Source of the DNA: Heterodontus francisci
Lineage: Eukaryota
NCBI RefSeq assembly: GCF_036365525.1
Contig: NC_090415.1
Span: 12,586,001-12,650,000 of the forward strand
Length of the DNA: 64,000 nt
Direction: 5' to 3'
Of this stretch, positions 24,960 to 37,607 are shown piece by piece (within the stretch, counting starts at the first letter, position 1; every line of letters starts with the position of its first letter). The position numbers and the translations under genes were made by a program. The notes beneath the pieces were generated by a model. The model did no database searches. It was not told the DNA's origin and saw only the letters and a program-made list of their open reading frames with translations.

Positions 24960-25960
24960 GTCATATTTGTCTTTCCCTGCAGGTCATGTGAGTGTGGCTT
25001 TCATTCTGTGCCTGTCAGTATGTGATATTTAACTGTGGCTTTTACTCCGTATTGGTCAATCTATGGTCAATGATTTTGTGATTTAATTCAGTAATTTCAA
25101 TCTTCAATCGGTGATTCTGTTTTTCTTTCTTTCTCTGTAACATTCAGTTTCTAAATGGGTGATGATGTGTTTTGTTCTGTACCTATGAGCTTCTACTGAG
25201 TGAGTGTGGGTTTTGTTATGCATCTGTTAATATCTGCTTTTGGAGTCTGGGCATTTCTCTTTATCTGTTAATTTCTGAATTGTGAATTTGGATTTTAATC
25301 TGCACCTGTCAGTTTCTGGTATGAAATGTTGTTTGATTTTGTCTCTGTACCTGTTAGTAAGTGACATTTTTGTGTAGCTTTACACAGCACATGTTAATTG
25401 ATGACACGTCAGCATTGTTTTCACTCGACATGTCAGTCTCTGGTTTGGAGCCTCACCTGTGTTCTGTCCCCATCAGACTTCATATAAGGATGGGTTTTAA
25501 CCTGTTCCTTTCAATCTGTTGTATGTAAGTACTGTTTATTATCTGTATCTGTAAGTTTCTGATGAATGAATGTGGACTGTATCACGTCCCTGTCAGTGGT
25601 TCATTAAGAGATATTTTACACTGTACCTGCCCGTTCTGATATGTGAGTGTGGGTTGTGATCTACGGCTGGCCGTTTCTGGTATGAGACATGAGCATTGTT
25701 TTTACTCTGTGCATGTTAGCCTCAAGTGTCAGAAGCTGGGTTTCATAGTACAGCTCACTCTCTGCTGTATGATTATGGATTTTCATCTGGACAAGTTAAT
25801 TTCTGGTACGGGCATGTGAATTTTATTCTCTATGCCAATTTATGGTATGTGATTATGTGTTCTTTCTGTTCTGTCAATTTCTGCTGAACTGTATGGTGGA
25901 TTTGCTTTCAATCTGCCAAGTTCTGCGATGTGAATGTTGGTTTTACTTTGTATTTGTCAT
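24960..25960 (+). repeat. Degenerate ~40-bp satellite tract
   Basis: Same CTGTCAGTTTCTGGTATG cores. Paralog at 37860-38840. Confidence 0.75.
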
Positions 25961-25964
25961 CGAG

Positions 25965-26719
25965 AGATAGAGTCATAGAGTTATACAGCACAGAAACAGG
26001 CCCTTAGACACATTGATGGCCGGCACAGGCACAATCAGTGATCTATTCTAATCCCATTTTCCAGCACTTGGCCCATCGCCTTGTATGCTATGGCGTTTCA
26101 AGTGCTCATCTAAATACTTCTTAAATGTTGTGTGGGGTCCTGCCTCTACCACCCCTTTCAGGTAATGTGTTCCAGATTCCAACCACCATCTGGGTGAAAA
26201 TGAAAAAAAAAAACAATCCTCAAATCCACTCTAAACCTCCTGCTTCTTACATTAAATCATGGCTGATCTGTTTCTGACTTGAATTCCACACTCATATCTC
26301 CTCCCAATAATCTTTGATTCCCTTGCCTAACAAGAATCTATCAATACCTGACTGAAAAATAATATATTCAGTGACACTGCCTCCACCACCTTCTAAAGCA
26401 CTGAATTCCAAAGTCTCACAAACCTCAGAGGGAAAAAAAATCTCCTCATCTCGGTCCTAAAAGTGTGACCCATACTTTTAAAGCAGCGCCCCCGATTTCT
26501 GAACTCATCCACAAGAGGAAACATCCTTTCCCCATCCACCTTGTCAAGACCATTCAGGATCTTATACACTACAATCAAGTCTCCCCTCACTCTTCTAAAC
26601 TCCAGTGAAAACTAACCCAGTCTGTCCAACCTTTCCTCATAAGACATCCACTCATTCCAGGTATCAATCTAATAAACCTCCTCTGAAACACCTCCAACAC
26701 ATTTACTTCCTTCCTTAAA
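25965..26719 (-). mobile_element. CR1 LINE 3' fragments
   Basis: RGDLIVVYKILNGLDKVDGERMFP ORF remnant and CR1 tail. Confidence 0.75.
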
Positions 26720-28236
26720 TTCTTTTTCTTCTTTTGGGCCTCCTTATCTCGAGAGACAATGGATACGCGCCTGGAGGTGGTCAGTGGTTTGTGAAGCAGC
26801 GCCTGGAGTGGCTATAAAGGCCAATTCTGGAGTGACAGGCTCTTCCACAGGTGCTGCAGAGAAATTTGTTTGTTGGGGCTGTTGCACAGTTGGCTCTCCC
26901 CTTGCGCCTCTGTCTTTTTTCCTGCCAACTACTAAGTCTCTTCGACTCGCCACAATTTAGCCCTGTCTTTATGGCTGCCCGCCAGCTCTGGCGAATGCTG
27001 GCAACTGACTCCCACGACTTGTGATCAATGTCACACGATTTCATGTCGCGTTTGCAGACGTCTTTATAACGGAGACATGGACGGCCGGTGGGTCTGATAC
27101 CAGTGGCGAGCTCGCTGTACAATGTATCTTTGGGGATCCTGCCATCTTCCATGCGGCTCACATGGCCAAGCCATCTCAAGCGCCGCTGACTCAGTAGTGT
27201 GTATAAGCTGGGGGTGTTGGCCGCTTCAAGGACTTCTGCGTTGGAGATATAGTCCTGCCACCTGATGCCAAGTATTCTCCGAAGGCAGCGAAGATGGAAT
27301 GAATTGAGACGTCGCTCTTGGCTGGCATACGTTGTCCAGGCCTCGCTGCCGTAGAGCAAGGTACTGAGGACACAGGCCTGATACACTCGGACTTTTGTGT
27401 TCCGTGTCAGTGCGCCATTTTCCCACACTCTCTTGGCCAGTCTGAACATAGCAGTGGAAGCCTTACCCATGCGCTTGTTGATTTCTGCATCTAGAGACAG
27501 GTTACTGGTGATAGTTGAGCCTAGGTAGGTGAACTCTTGAACCACTTCCAGAGCGTGGTCGCCAATATTGATGGATGGAGCATTTCTGACATCCTGCCCC
27601 ATGATGTTCGTTTTCTTGAGGCTGATGGTTAGGCCAAATTCATTGCAGGCAGACGCAAACCTGTCGATGAGACTCTGCAGGCATTCTTCAGTGTGAGATG
27701 TTAAAGCAGCATCGTCAGCAAAGAGGAGTTCTCTGATGAGGACTTTCCGTACTTTGGACTTCGCTCTTAGACGGGCAAGGTTGAACAACCTGCCCCCTGA
27801 TCTTGTGTGGAGGAAAATTCCTTCTTCAGAGGATTTGAACGCATGTGAAAGCAGCAGGGAGAAGAAAATCCCAAAAAGTGTGGGTGCGAGAACACAGCCC
27901 TGTTTCACACCACTCAGGATAGGAAAGGGCTCTGATGAGGAGCCACCATGTTGAATTGTGCCTTTCATATTGTCATGGAATGAGGTGATGATACTTAGTA
28001 GCTTTGGTGGACATCCGATCTTTTCTAGTAGTCTGAAGAGACCACGTCTGCTGACGAGGTCAAAGGCTTTGGTGAGATCAATGAAAGCAATGTAGAGGGG
28101 CATCTGTTGTTCACGGCATTTCTCCTGTATCTGACGAAGGGAGAACAGCATGTCAATAGTCGATCTCTCTGCACGAAAGCCACACTGTGCCTCAGGGTAG
28201 ACGCGCTCGGCCAGCTTCTGGAGCCTGTTCAGAGCG
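26720..28236 (-). mobile_element. 5'-truncated young RTE-clade LINE with an uninterrupted RT and C-terminal ORF
   Basis: Open frame from LNRLQKL through PEAQCGFR, FIDLTKAFD, GVKQGCVLAP and LFADD to the zinc finger and stop at 26781. AAG-rich tail at 26720-26735. Confidence 0.93.
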
Positions 28237-28312
28237 AGTCTTTGCTTGCAGAGGGAGGAGAGCGAGAGGAGGGAGATAGAATAGAGAGGGGAAGTGGTGA
28301 CAGAAAATGTCC

Positions 28313-29055
28313 TGTGATGATTGGCCAAAATAGACCTACAAGGTACAAACTCAAGTTCTGTGATCAAGTCTGAGAGTTTATTAGTCTTAACTAAGATAGA
28401 TAAAGTGAATGTTTAACAACAGCAATAGGTTTGCAGCATCACTCTGCACCGGTTCTTGCTTCTGTGCTTGCTGGGGCGTGGACTTCTCTCTTTCTGCTTC
28501 CCTTGCTGTTTTCTTGACCGTACTCTATTTTCTCCTTCTAAGTGTGATAACGATGTTCCGTGGACCCCTCTGTCAGTGCCGATAATGTCCTGTAACACCC
28601 TTTCTTTTACCCTTCTTTGGGTGCAAGGATGTCACCATATTAGCTTTGAATTGTTCGAAGTATCCTAATTGGACCAAGTTGACATCATTGTTTGACCCTA
28701 GTTAGTTAATGGTTCAATCTACACACATTACAGATACTTCCTGTTCCTTTCTATTTTAACAAGGATACTAAAGGTCACATTCTCGCTGATGGAAGCCATT
28801 TTGAGTTTGCAATTCTGCAGTGTCCTATTTATCTCATCTCACCCCCTGTAAGGATGCTGTGGTCTTCAACCTATCTCTCCCATTGTTCTTACATAGAGGT
28901 TTTAACGGACTATAGCCTTGTAATGTCATTTCATAATGAATCAAGCATTAGCTCAAACAGACTGTAATATATTGATGTACAGAGCATACAATTAGTCCTA
29001 TTATTGTAGCTGTCCTTATTATTCACAAAGGCAAAATATGTCATGATCCATCACC
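28313..29055 (-). mobile_element. Possible solo LTR-like sequence
   Basis: Unique ~740-bp segment. Reverse strand has a purine-rich run before a TG start, CAAAATGGC, CCAAT, an AATAAA about 65 nt before a CA end. No TSD confirmed. Confidence 0.3.
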
Positions 29056-29941
29056 CCCACATTGTGGGACCCCTCCTGCTGCATGACTTTTCCTTTTTGT
29101 CGTGACTAAGTGCATCATCCACACAGACACATCTCTCAACATGGCATTTTGACATATTTCTGTGAAGATGACCGTCATGCTTTGCCATCCAGCCTTGACA
29201 TAGCAGTTCTTGCATAAATGTAAGCCATGGAAATGCTCTAACCTTTACACAGCGTATAGCAGTGTTCAGGTGATACAGAAAATCCAGTGAATTGGGCAGA
29301 GACAATCAGTTGATCTCTCAAAGTCTCTTAGTTTTATGCTCCTATCTATACTACTTACTCCACAACTATTCTTTTGCACCTGCAAAGCTAGGATAGATGA
29401 CTCTGGATTGTGTTCTGTAAGTAAGGGGTTGTTCTCCTTTGAGAAATGGAGATTGAGAGGAGGTTTGACAGAGGTGTATATAAGTTAGACAAGGATAACC
29501 TGTTCCCATTAGCTGATGGTACAAGGACTAGGAGACACAGACTGATGGTTTATGGCAAGAGATGGAAGGGAATGTGAGGAAGAACTTTTTCTGTTTTACC
29601 TGCTGGACCTCGCTGTCCACAAGTGTGGTGGAAGGAGAGAGAATCAATGATTTCAATAAGAAACTGGAGAAGCACTTGAAGGAAACAAACTTGCTGCAGG
29701 GCGACGCTGATCAAGCAAGGAAGTGAGTCTGATTGGATGTTGAGAATATTTTGTAAGCTTTCTTTCTGAATTTGCATTGACATTTTTAAGCTGCAAAATT
29801 CCACAGCACACTTGACCATCAACTTTAAGGGAGAAGAACATGGATGTTGAGAATATTTGTCGACTTCAATTCAGTCATGGCTTTTCATTTGTCACATTCT
29901 ATGGCAAGGTTGCAGAAATATATTTGACCGCGAGTGGGCAT

Positions 29942-30013
29942 TGCGATGACCGGGAATCTAATCTGGGTCAATTGTTTGGAAGGCAGATATACTCACCACT
30001 ATACCAGCATCGC
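29942..30013 (-). pseudogene. tRNA-Gly(TCC) pseudogene
   Basis: Reverse strand GCGATGCTGGTATAGTGGTGAGTATATCTGCCTTCCAAACAATTGACCCAGATTAGATTCCCGGTCATCGCA is 72 nt and colinear with vertebrate tRNA-Gly-TCC. The B box (TTAGA) and the anticodon and T stems are damaged. Confidence 0.85.
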
Positions 30014-30282
30014 TGGCATACATGTAGCTCGTCATTTATACAGTATACACACCAGAGCTCATTGGAACTCAAATGTCATTTCAACCATTTCAATCTGCAC
30101 TTTAACACCACGTTCATGTTCCCATTGGAGGATAGAATCATGGAATGGTTACATCATCTCCAAGAAACCGACAAAAGTCTAACAGGACTGGACAGACTAG
30201 ATGTCGGAAGGATGTTCCTGATGGCGGGGGAGTCCAGGACCAGGGGTGACAGTCTAAAGATAAGGGGTAAGACATTTAGGAC

Positions 30283-31520
30283 TGAGGAAGTGACAAAGTT
30301 GATTGATGAGGGAAGGGCTGTCGATGTCATATACATGGACTTCAGTAAGGCGTTTGATAAGGTTCCCCATGGCAGGCTGATGGAGAAAGTGAAGGCGCTT
30401 GGGGTCCAAGGTGTACTAGCTAGATGGATAAAGAACTGGCTGGGCAACAGGAGACAGAGAGTAGCAGTAGAGGGGAGTTTCTCAAAATGGAGACGTGTGA
30501 CCAGTGGTGTTCCACAGGGATCCGTGCTGGGACCACTGTTGTTTGTGATATACATTAATGATTTGGAGGAAAGTATAGGTGGACTGATTAGCAAGTTTGC
30601 AGACGACACTAAGATTGGTGGAGTAGCAGATAGTGAAGGGGACTGTCAGAGAATACAGCAGAATATAGATATATTAGAGAGTTGGGCAGAGAAATGGCAG
30701 ATGGAGTTCAATAAGGGCAAATGCGAGGTGATGCATTTTGGAAGATCCAATTCAAGAGTGAACTATACAGTAAATGGAAAAGTCCTGGGGAAAATTGATG
30801 TACAGAGAGATTTGGGTGTTCAGGTCCACTGTTCCCTGAAGGTGGCAACGCAGGTAAATAGAGTGGTCAAGAAGGCATACGGCATGCTTTCCTTCATCGG
30901 ACGGGGCATTGAGTACAAGAGTTGGCAGGTCATGTTACAGTTGTATAGGACTTTGGTTCGGCCACATTTGGAATACTGCGTACAGTTCTGGTCGCCACAT
31001 TATCAAAAGGATGTGGATGCTTTGGAGAGGGTGCAGAGGAGGTTCACCAGGATGTTGCCTGGTATGGAGGGCGCTAGCTATGAAGAGAGGTTGAGTAGAT
31101 TAGGATTATTTTCATTAGAAAGACGGAGGTTGAGGGGGGACCTGATTGAGGTGTACAAAATCATGAGAGGTATAGACAGGGTGGACAGCAAGAGGCTTTT
31201 TCCCCAGAGTGGGGGTTTCAATTACGAGAGGACACGAGTTCAAAGTGAAAGGGGAAATGTTTAGGGGGGATATGCGTGGAAAGTTCTTTACGCAGAGGGT
31301 GGTGGGCACCTGGAACGCGTTGCCAGCGGAGGTGGTAGACGCGGGCACGATGGAGTCTTTTAAGATGTATCTAGACAGATACATGAATGGGCAGGAAGAA
31401 AAGAGATACAGAACCTTAGAAAATAGGCGACATGTTTAGAGAGAGGATCTGGATCGGCGCAGGCTTGGAGGGCCGAAGGGCCTGTTCCTGTGCTGTAATT
31501 ATCTTTGTTCTTTGTTCTTT
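30283..31520 (+). mobile_element. Young 5'-truncated CR1 LINE nested in an older CR1 fragment (30178-30282, 31521-31625)
   Basis: Open RT frame VDVIYMDFSKAFDKVPH, GVPQGSVLGP, KFADDTK. (TCTTTGT)n tail. The flanks rejoin as AGGACTGAG/ATGAGGAG. Confidence 0.92.
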
Positions 31521-31724
31521 GAGATGAGGAGGGATTTCTTCACCCAGGGAGTGGTGAACCTGTGGAATTCTCCACCACAGAAAAGAGTTGAGGCCAAATC
31601 ATTAAATAAATTCATAAAAGAGTTTGTACTACTGGATTCGGGCCTTTAGATGCTCATCAGATGAAATGCATTTTAATTTCCTCTTATATTTGTAAGGCTT
31701 TTTTTTTAACAGTACTAACTTTTA

Positions 31725-32050
31725 GGGCCACACAGTGATGAACACCGCAAACTCACAGCTCCAGCGACCCGGGTTCAGTTCTGGGTGCTGCCTGTGCGGA
31801 GTTTGCAAGTTCTCCCTGTGACGTGGGTTTCCGCCAGGTGCTCCGGTTTGCTCCCACAGCCAAACACTTGCAGGTTGATAGGTAAATTGGCCATTGTAAA
31901 TTGCCCCTAGTGCAGGTGAGAGAATTGAGGGAAGATAGCAATGTGGTCGGGAATATGGGATTAATGTAGGAATAGTATGAACGGGTGGTTGATGATCGGC
32001 ACACACTCGGTGGGCCGAAGGGCCTGTTTCAGTGCTGTATCTCTCTCTGA
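31725..32050 (+). mobile_element. V-SINE (HE1-like)
   Basis: tRNA-like head, V-domain, and GGGCCGAAGGGCCTGTTTCAGTGCTGTATCTCT tail. Confidence 0.85.
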
Positions 32051-32539
32051 CTCGATGTACTACTAAAGCGTGTCTTTAGTTCTAAAATGTTCGCCGCTTA
32101 TTTCAAAAGGGATCAAGGAAGACGCGGACAAAGCGAGAACAGGGTACTGAGTTTGGATGATCAACCATGATCGTATTGACTGGCGGTACAGGCTCGAAGG
32201 GCCGAATGGCTTACTCCTGCTCCTATCTTTCTATGTTTGTATTAAGTTAGTTATTCGGCCCGTCGTGTCGCGGCCGGCTCTCTGCAAGACCAGCTCACCT
32301 CCTCCCACCGACCCGCCTTTTCTCCATTGCTCTGCAGTTTTGTTTTATTCTTGATATAATTATCCAATTCTGTTTTCAGGGTCTCGATTGAATCTGCACC
32401 CAACACACTCGATGTTATTCCTCTCCAATTTCAGATATTTCTGAAGGATTGGGAATATTCTTGCATGACTCACTTTTAACCAGTAGATGGCATCAGTCTA
32501 CAATCATTTGGATCTTGTGATTTGTGTGCACACATATCG

Positions 32540-32712
32540 AACGCAATGGGTCTGCTGCTGCCCGGGGAGTTCTCCAAGCACGCCGCCTTGGCAGGGACAA
32601 AAACACTGACGAATTATCCCAGTTCCTTGTAAATCTCCACAATGTACAGAAATCAAACACGAAACGCAACATCTCTTTTAAAATCCGCCTTCAGCTTCTT
32701 TGAAACAACTGC
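32540..32712 (+). pseudogene. H2B: Decayed H2B C-terminal fragment with 3' UTR and degenerate stem-loop
   Basis: 32552-32632 translates LLLPGEFSKHAALAGTKTLTNYPSSL* versus [26 protein letters not shown]. The downstream sequence aligns with the H2B copy 2 3' UTR. Confidence 0.85.
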
Positions 32713-32724
32713 CCTGAAAAAAAA

Positions 32725-32815
32725 AACTGACCCTGCCCGGAACTGAGTTTGGTATCAGATAACACAACGGCTCTTCAGAGACATCAAATTGGCAAAAGAT
32801 AGAGCTGTTATCTCT
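32725..32815 (+). pseudogene. Orphan H3 3' UTR with a broken stem-loop (H3 coding region missing)
   Basis: AACTGACCCTGCCCGGAACTGAGTT...CAACGGCTCTTCAGAGAC aligns with 21721-21810. Confidence 0.85.
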
Positions 32816-33215
32816 TGTTGATTCCAGCACTTAAACGTCTCAGAAGAATTTGACCACCCTCTTTACTGTCCACTGATAACTCTCGAAGCAGAGTGACCCA
32901 GATTTCTTTGTCTCCATATTGCAGCTGGGAATTTCAGGACCTGACAGTTGTGAGAGCAGCGACACCATTGTATACAAGACATTTTATCAGAATAGCTCAT
33001 TTTAGAACTCAAGACACGCCTTAGTGGTATATAAACGGTAGAATTGTAAAAAAAAAAGTCTTGCAAATATGGCAAGAGAAAATTAAAAGGCATTCCATTT
33101 GATGAGCAGATAAAAGCTTGACTCCAGTACAATTCATAGCAACGCAAAATAACGCGAACAGTATAACATTACCGTCTCTCAGACAGTAACCAGCCCTTTC
33201 ACAGATGAAGTGGGT

Positions 33216-33231
33216 GGCTCTGAAAAGAGCC
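33216..33231 (-). terminator. Histone 3' stem-loop (H2A copy 2)
   Basis: Reverse strand reads GGCTCTTTTCAGAGCC ACCCA. Confidence 0.97.
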
Positions 33232-33261
33232 TTTGGGTTGTCAAATTCAGGTCTGGCAGCT

Positions 33262-33876
<615 letters not shown>

Positions 33877-34591
33877 TCAAATTTGAAAAGCCCGCCAATA
33901 TATTGGGGCGGCTTCAATATAGAATATCGCATTTATAGTTCTTTTTTTACGGTTAAATAAATAAAACCTTTTTCATATTGTGTTATTCTACATTTGGTAA
34001 CAAGTTCCAGATTGGCTTTTACATTCTGACATCTATTCGGGTTTACTCTGTCCTTTTTGAAACCAGCGGGCAGAAAGTCTCTTTCACAACATTCTCCAAC
34101 CGGGCACATTTCATGTCAATTTTCATAATAATACCGCATCACTGATGAACGATTGTTTGTTATTCGTGGGAGACAACAGCGGAGTGTAGATTTTCAGTGT
34201 CAGGTGTCAGCGTGTGAGACGGAGGGTTCCGACACCACCCGGGGTTCCAGATAATGTAATTATTAATTTTTGAGGTCAAACTTGAACTAGGGAAATAAGT
34301 GACTGCGAACTGATGTATGTGCGTTAAATCAGCTTGTATTGTCGAAATACAGAAAAGGGGCCGAATATGAACACGTCCGAGAACAAACCTCACAAATGCT
34401 CAGTGGTCAGTAATTTATGTACGGGACATTATTAGTTAGAGACAGAAAGATCGCACGGGCAGTGAAACTGCATTAACCAGAATCTATGGGAGTAAAACAG
34501 AGATCAAAAAGGCAAGGACACTTGATATATAAATCAATATAAGTCGATACTATACAGACAATGTTGTAGCTTTTTCAGAGAAGTTGTGGGT

Positions 34592-34607
34592 GGCTCTTAA
34601 AAGAGCC
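34592..34607 (-). terminator. Histone 3' stem-loop (H2B copy 2)
   Basis: Reverse strand reads GGCTCTTTTAAGAGCC ACCCA. Confidence 0.97.
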
Positions 34608-34646
34608 TTTTTGTGTTTTGGGTGTGTTTCAGTACATTGCGGATAT

Positions 34647-35027
34647 TTACTTGGAGCTGGTGTATTTGGTGACCGCCTTTGTACCTTCCGACACGGCGTG
34701 TTTGGCCAGCTCCCCGGGCAGCAGCAGGCGCACGGCGGTCTGGATCTCCCGGGAGCTGATGGTGCTGCGTTTGTTGTAATGGGCCAGGCGGGAAGCCTCA
34801 CCCGCGATTCGCTCGAAAATATCATTCACAAACGAATTCATGATGCTCATGGCCTTGGAGGAGATGCCGGTGTCAGGGTGAACCTGCTTCATCACTTTGT
34901 ACACGTAGATGGAGTAACTTTCTTTCCTGGATCTTCTCCGTTTCTTGCTGCCCTTCACTGGCGCCTTCTTCAGAACTTTCTTGGCACCCTTCTTGGAAGG
35001 TGCTGCTGTTTTCTTCTCATCAACCAT
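34647..35027 (-). CDS. H2B: Histone H2B (copy 2), 126 aa
   Basis: [17 protein letters not shown]...[12 protein letters not shown]...TKYTSSK; ATG at 35027. TATA, octamer and CCAAT upstream. Confidence 0.97.
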   Translation of the reverse strand: MVDEKKTAAPSKKGAKKVLKKAPVKGSKKRRRSRKESYSIYVYKVMKQVHPDTGISSKAMSIMNSFVNDIFERIAGEASRLAHYNKRSTISSREIQTAVRLLLPGELAKHAVSEGTKAVTKYTSSK

Positions 35028-35459
35028 GATCACTATCAACTTCAGACACAGAATAACCGAAATATCGCTCCAAGCTCGCATTTTATAGACATCCCCAGAA
35101 CCCTATGCTAATGAAGGATGGGAGAAGGCCATGTTCATGATTGGCTGGTTTACAATGATGTCATTGCCTGATGTTCTGTATCGATCTGATTGGGTATCTA
35201 AAGTAACAAATCACATTTTGTGCTTCTCACAGACACAAACTGTCGCAGCAGTCAGATCGTCCAAACCCCCCTTTGCCCGCCCTTATCCATCTATGTCAGT
35301 GACTTGCTGAGTCCCTCTTCCTCATCAACCATTTCTATTTTGCTAGTACGAACTCGTCTCTTTTTTCACTCTCTATAGTTCCCTTCCTTATCAGGATGTA
35401 GCGCCCCTCTGCACTTCCGTCCATCAACAGGACCGAATCGTCCAGTATAGTGGGTGTCA

Positions 35460-36423
35460 GATACATAAATGATTTGGAGGAAAGTATAGGTGGTCTGATT
35501 AGCAAGTTTGCAGACGACACTAAGATTGGTGGTGTCGCAGATAGTGAAGGGGTCTGTCAGAGAATACAGCAGAATATAAATAGATTGGAGAGTTGGGCAG
35601 AAAAATGGCAGATGGAGTTCAATCAGGGCAAATGCGAGGTGATGCATTTTGGAAGATCCAATTCAAGAGTGAATTATACAGTGAATGGAAAAGTCCTGGG
35701 GAAAATTGATGTACAGAGAGACTTGGGTGTTCAGGTCCATTGTTCCCTGAAGGTGGCATAGGAGGTCAATAGAGTGGTCAAGAAGGCATACGGCATGCTT
35801 TCCTTCATCGGACGGGGTATTGAGTACAAGGGTTGGCAGGTCATGTTACAGTTGTATAAGACTTTGGTTCGGCCACATTTGGAATACTGCGTGCAGTTCT
35901 GGTCGCCACATTACCAAAAGGATGTAGATGCTTTGGAGAGGGTGCAGAGGAGGTTCACCAGGATGTTGCCTGGTATGGAGGGCGTTAGCTATGAAGAGAG
36001 GTTGAGCAGATTAGGATTATTTTCATTAGAAAGACGGAGGTTGAGGGGGGACCTGATTGAGGTGTACAAAATCATGAGAGGTATAGACAGGGTGGATAGC
36101 AAGAAGCTTTTTCCCCAGAGTGGGGGACTCAATTACTAGGGGTCATGAGTTCAAAGTGAGAGGAGAAAAGTTAAGGGGGGATATGCGTGGAAAATTCTTT
36201 ACACAGAGGGTGGTGGGTGCCTGGAACGTGTTGCCAGCGGAGGTGGTAGACGCGGGCACGATAGCGTCTTTTAAGATGTATCTAGACAGATACATGAATG
36301 GGCAGGAAGCAAAGAGATACAGACCCTAAGAAAATAGGCGACATGTTTAGATAGAGGATCTGGATCGGCGCAGGCTTCGAGGGCCGAAGGGCCTGTTCCT
36401 GTGCTGTAATTTTCTTTGTTCTT
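35460..36423 (+). mobile_element. Young 5'-truncated CR1 LINE (same subfamily as 30283-31520)
   Basis: YINDLEESIGGLISKFADDTKIGG is near-identical to the other copy. TCTTTGTTCTT tail. Absent at the paralogous site ~24614. Confidence 0.92.
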
Positions 36424-36530
36424 AGAGTGGGGCAAATGCGAGCATTGAAGTGCAAGTCCTTATCTCCATGTAGCGTGCCAAATAAGGTTGGTCAGCTGCA
36501 GTCAAAAGTAACCACATGAAAGATTTATAT

Positions 36531-37607
36531 GACAGCGCTTCTGATATGTCTTCCTTTTTCCTCAACCGAGGATACCCTTGTCCTCACTTTCCACCCCATC
36601 AGCCTCCACATCCAAAGAATCATCCTCCGCCATTTCTGCCACCTCCAGCGTGATGCCACGACCAAATACATCTTCCCCTCCCTTCCCCTGTCAGCATTCC
36701 GAAGGGATCATTCCCTCCGCGACACCCTGGTCCACTCCTCCATTACCCCCACCACCTTGTCCCCTTCACATGGCACCTTCCCCTGCAATCACAGGAGATG
36801 TAATACCTGCCCATTTTACTCCTCTCTACTCACAATCCCAGGCCCCAAACACTCCTTTCGAGTGAAGCAGCGATTTACTTGTACTTCTTTCAATATGGTA
36901 TACTGTATTCGCTGCTCACAATGTGGTCTCCTCTACATTGGGGAGACCAAACATATACTGGGTGACCGCTTTGCGTAACACCTCCGCTCAGTCCGAAAGC
37001 AGGACCCCGAGCTTCCGGTTGCTTGTCATTTCAACACTCCCCCCTGCTTACATCTCTGTCCTGGGATTGCTGCAGTGTTCCAGTGAACATCAAGGTAAGC
37101 TCGAGGAACAGCATCTCATTTACCGATTCGGCACAATGCAGCCTGCCAGACTGAGCATTGAGTTCAATAATTTCAGAGCATGACGGGCCCCCCAATTTAC
37201 TTTTATTTTTAGTTATTCTTTCCTTTTTATATTTATTTTATTTAATATCACCTCAGTTGGTTCAGTTTGCTTACCCACTTTTTTTTCATATTTGTACTTG
37301 CGGCTGTTCAATTTTCATCCATTAACACCCTATCTGTACGAATGCTTTGTCTTTCAACACACCATGAACATAATGTTTGCCTTTGCTCCATGACCTTCTG
37401 GTCAGCTATTCTGTGACATTTTCCTTTCTACACCTTCTCCCTTGTTATCTCTTGCCCCACCCCCGCTTTACTTGCTTAAAACCTTTCACATTTCTAATAT
37501 TTACCAGTTCTGAAGAAGGGTCACTGACCTGAAATGTTAACTCTGCTTCTGTCTCCACAGATGCTGCCAAACCAGCTGAGTATATCCAGCATTTCTTGTT
37601 TTCATTC
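36531..37607 (+). mobile_element. 5'-truncated Penelope-like element (GIY-YIG endonuclease and terminal repeat)
   Basis: CNHRRCNTC knuckle, then FTCTSFNMVYCIRCSQCGLLYIGET GIY-YIG motif. 14-bp TSD TGAAAGATTTATAT at 36517-36530 and 37608-37621. Confidence 0.9.
37506..37542 (+). ncRNA. Minimal type I hammerhead ribozyme motif in the Penelope terminus
   Basis: AGTT-CTGAAGA-A-GGGTC-ACT-GACCT-GAAA-TGT-T-AACT. Stem I AGTT/AACT, conserved core, stem II, short stem III (one C>T relative to GAAACGTT). Confidence 0.7.

Noticed and set aside
28237-28367. N-terminal ~44 aa of the 528-aa RTE ORF
   Set aside because: Lies beyond the 5' truncation point in CT-rich flank; not part of the element.
29840-31264. 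474-aa ORF as a novel RT fusion gene
   Set aside because: Chance read-through from unrelated flank (including the antisense tRNA pseudogene and an old CR1 piece) into a truncated young CR1 that starts at ~30283.
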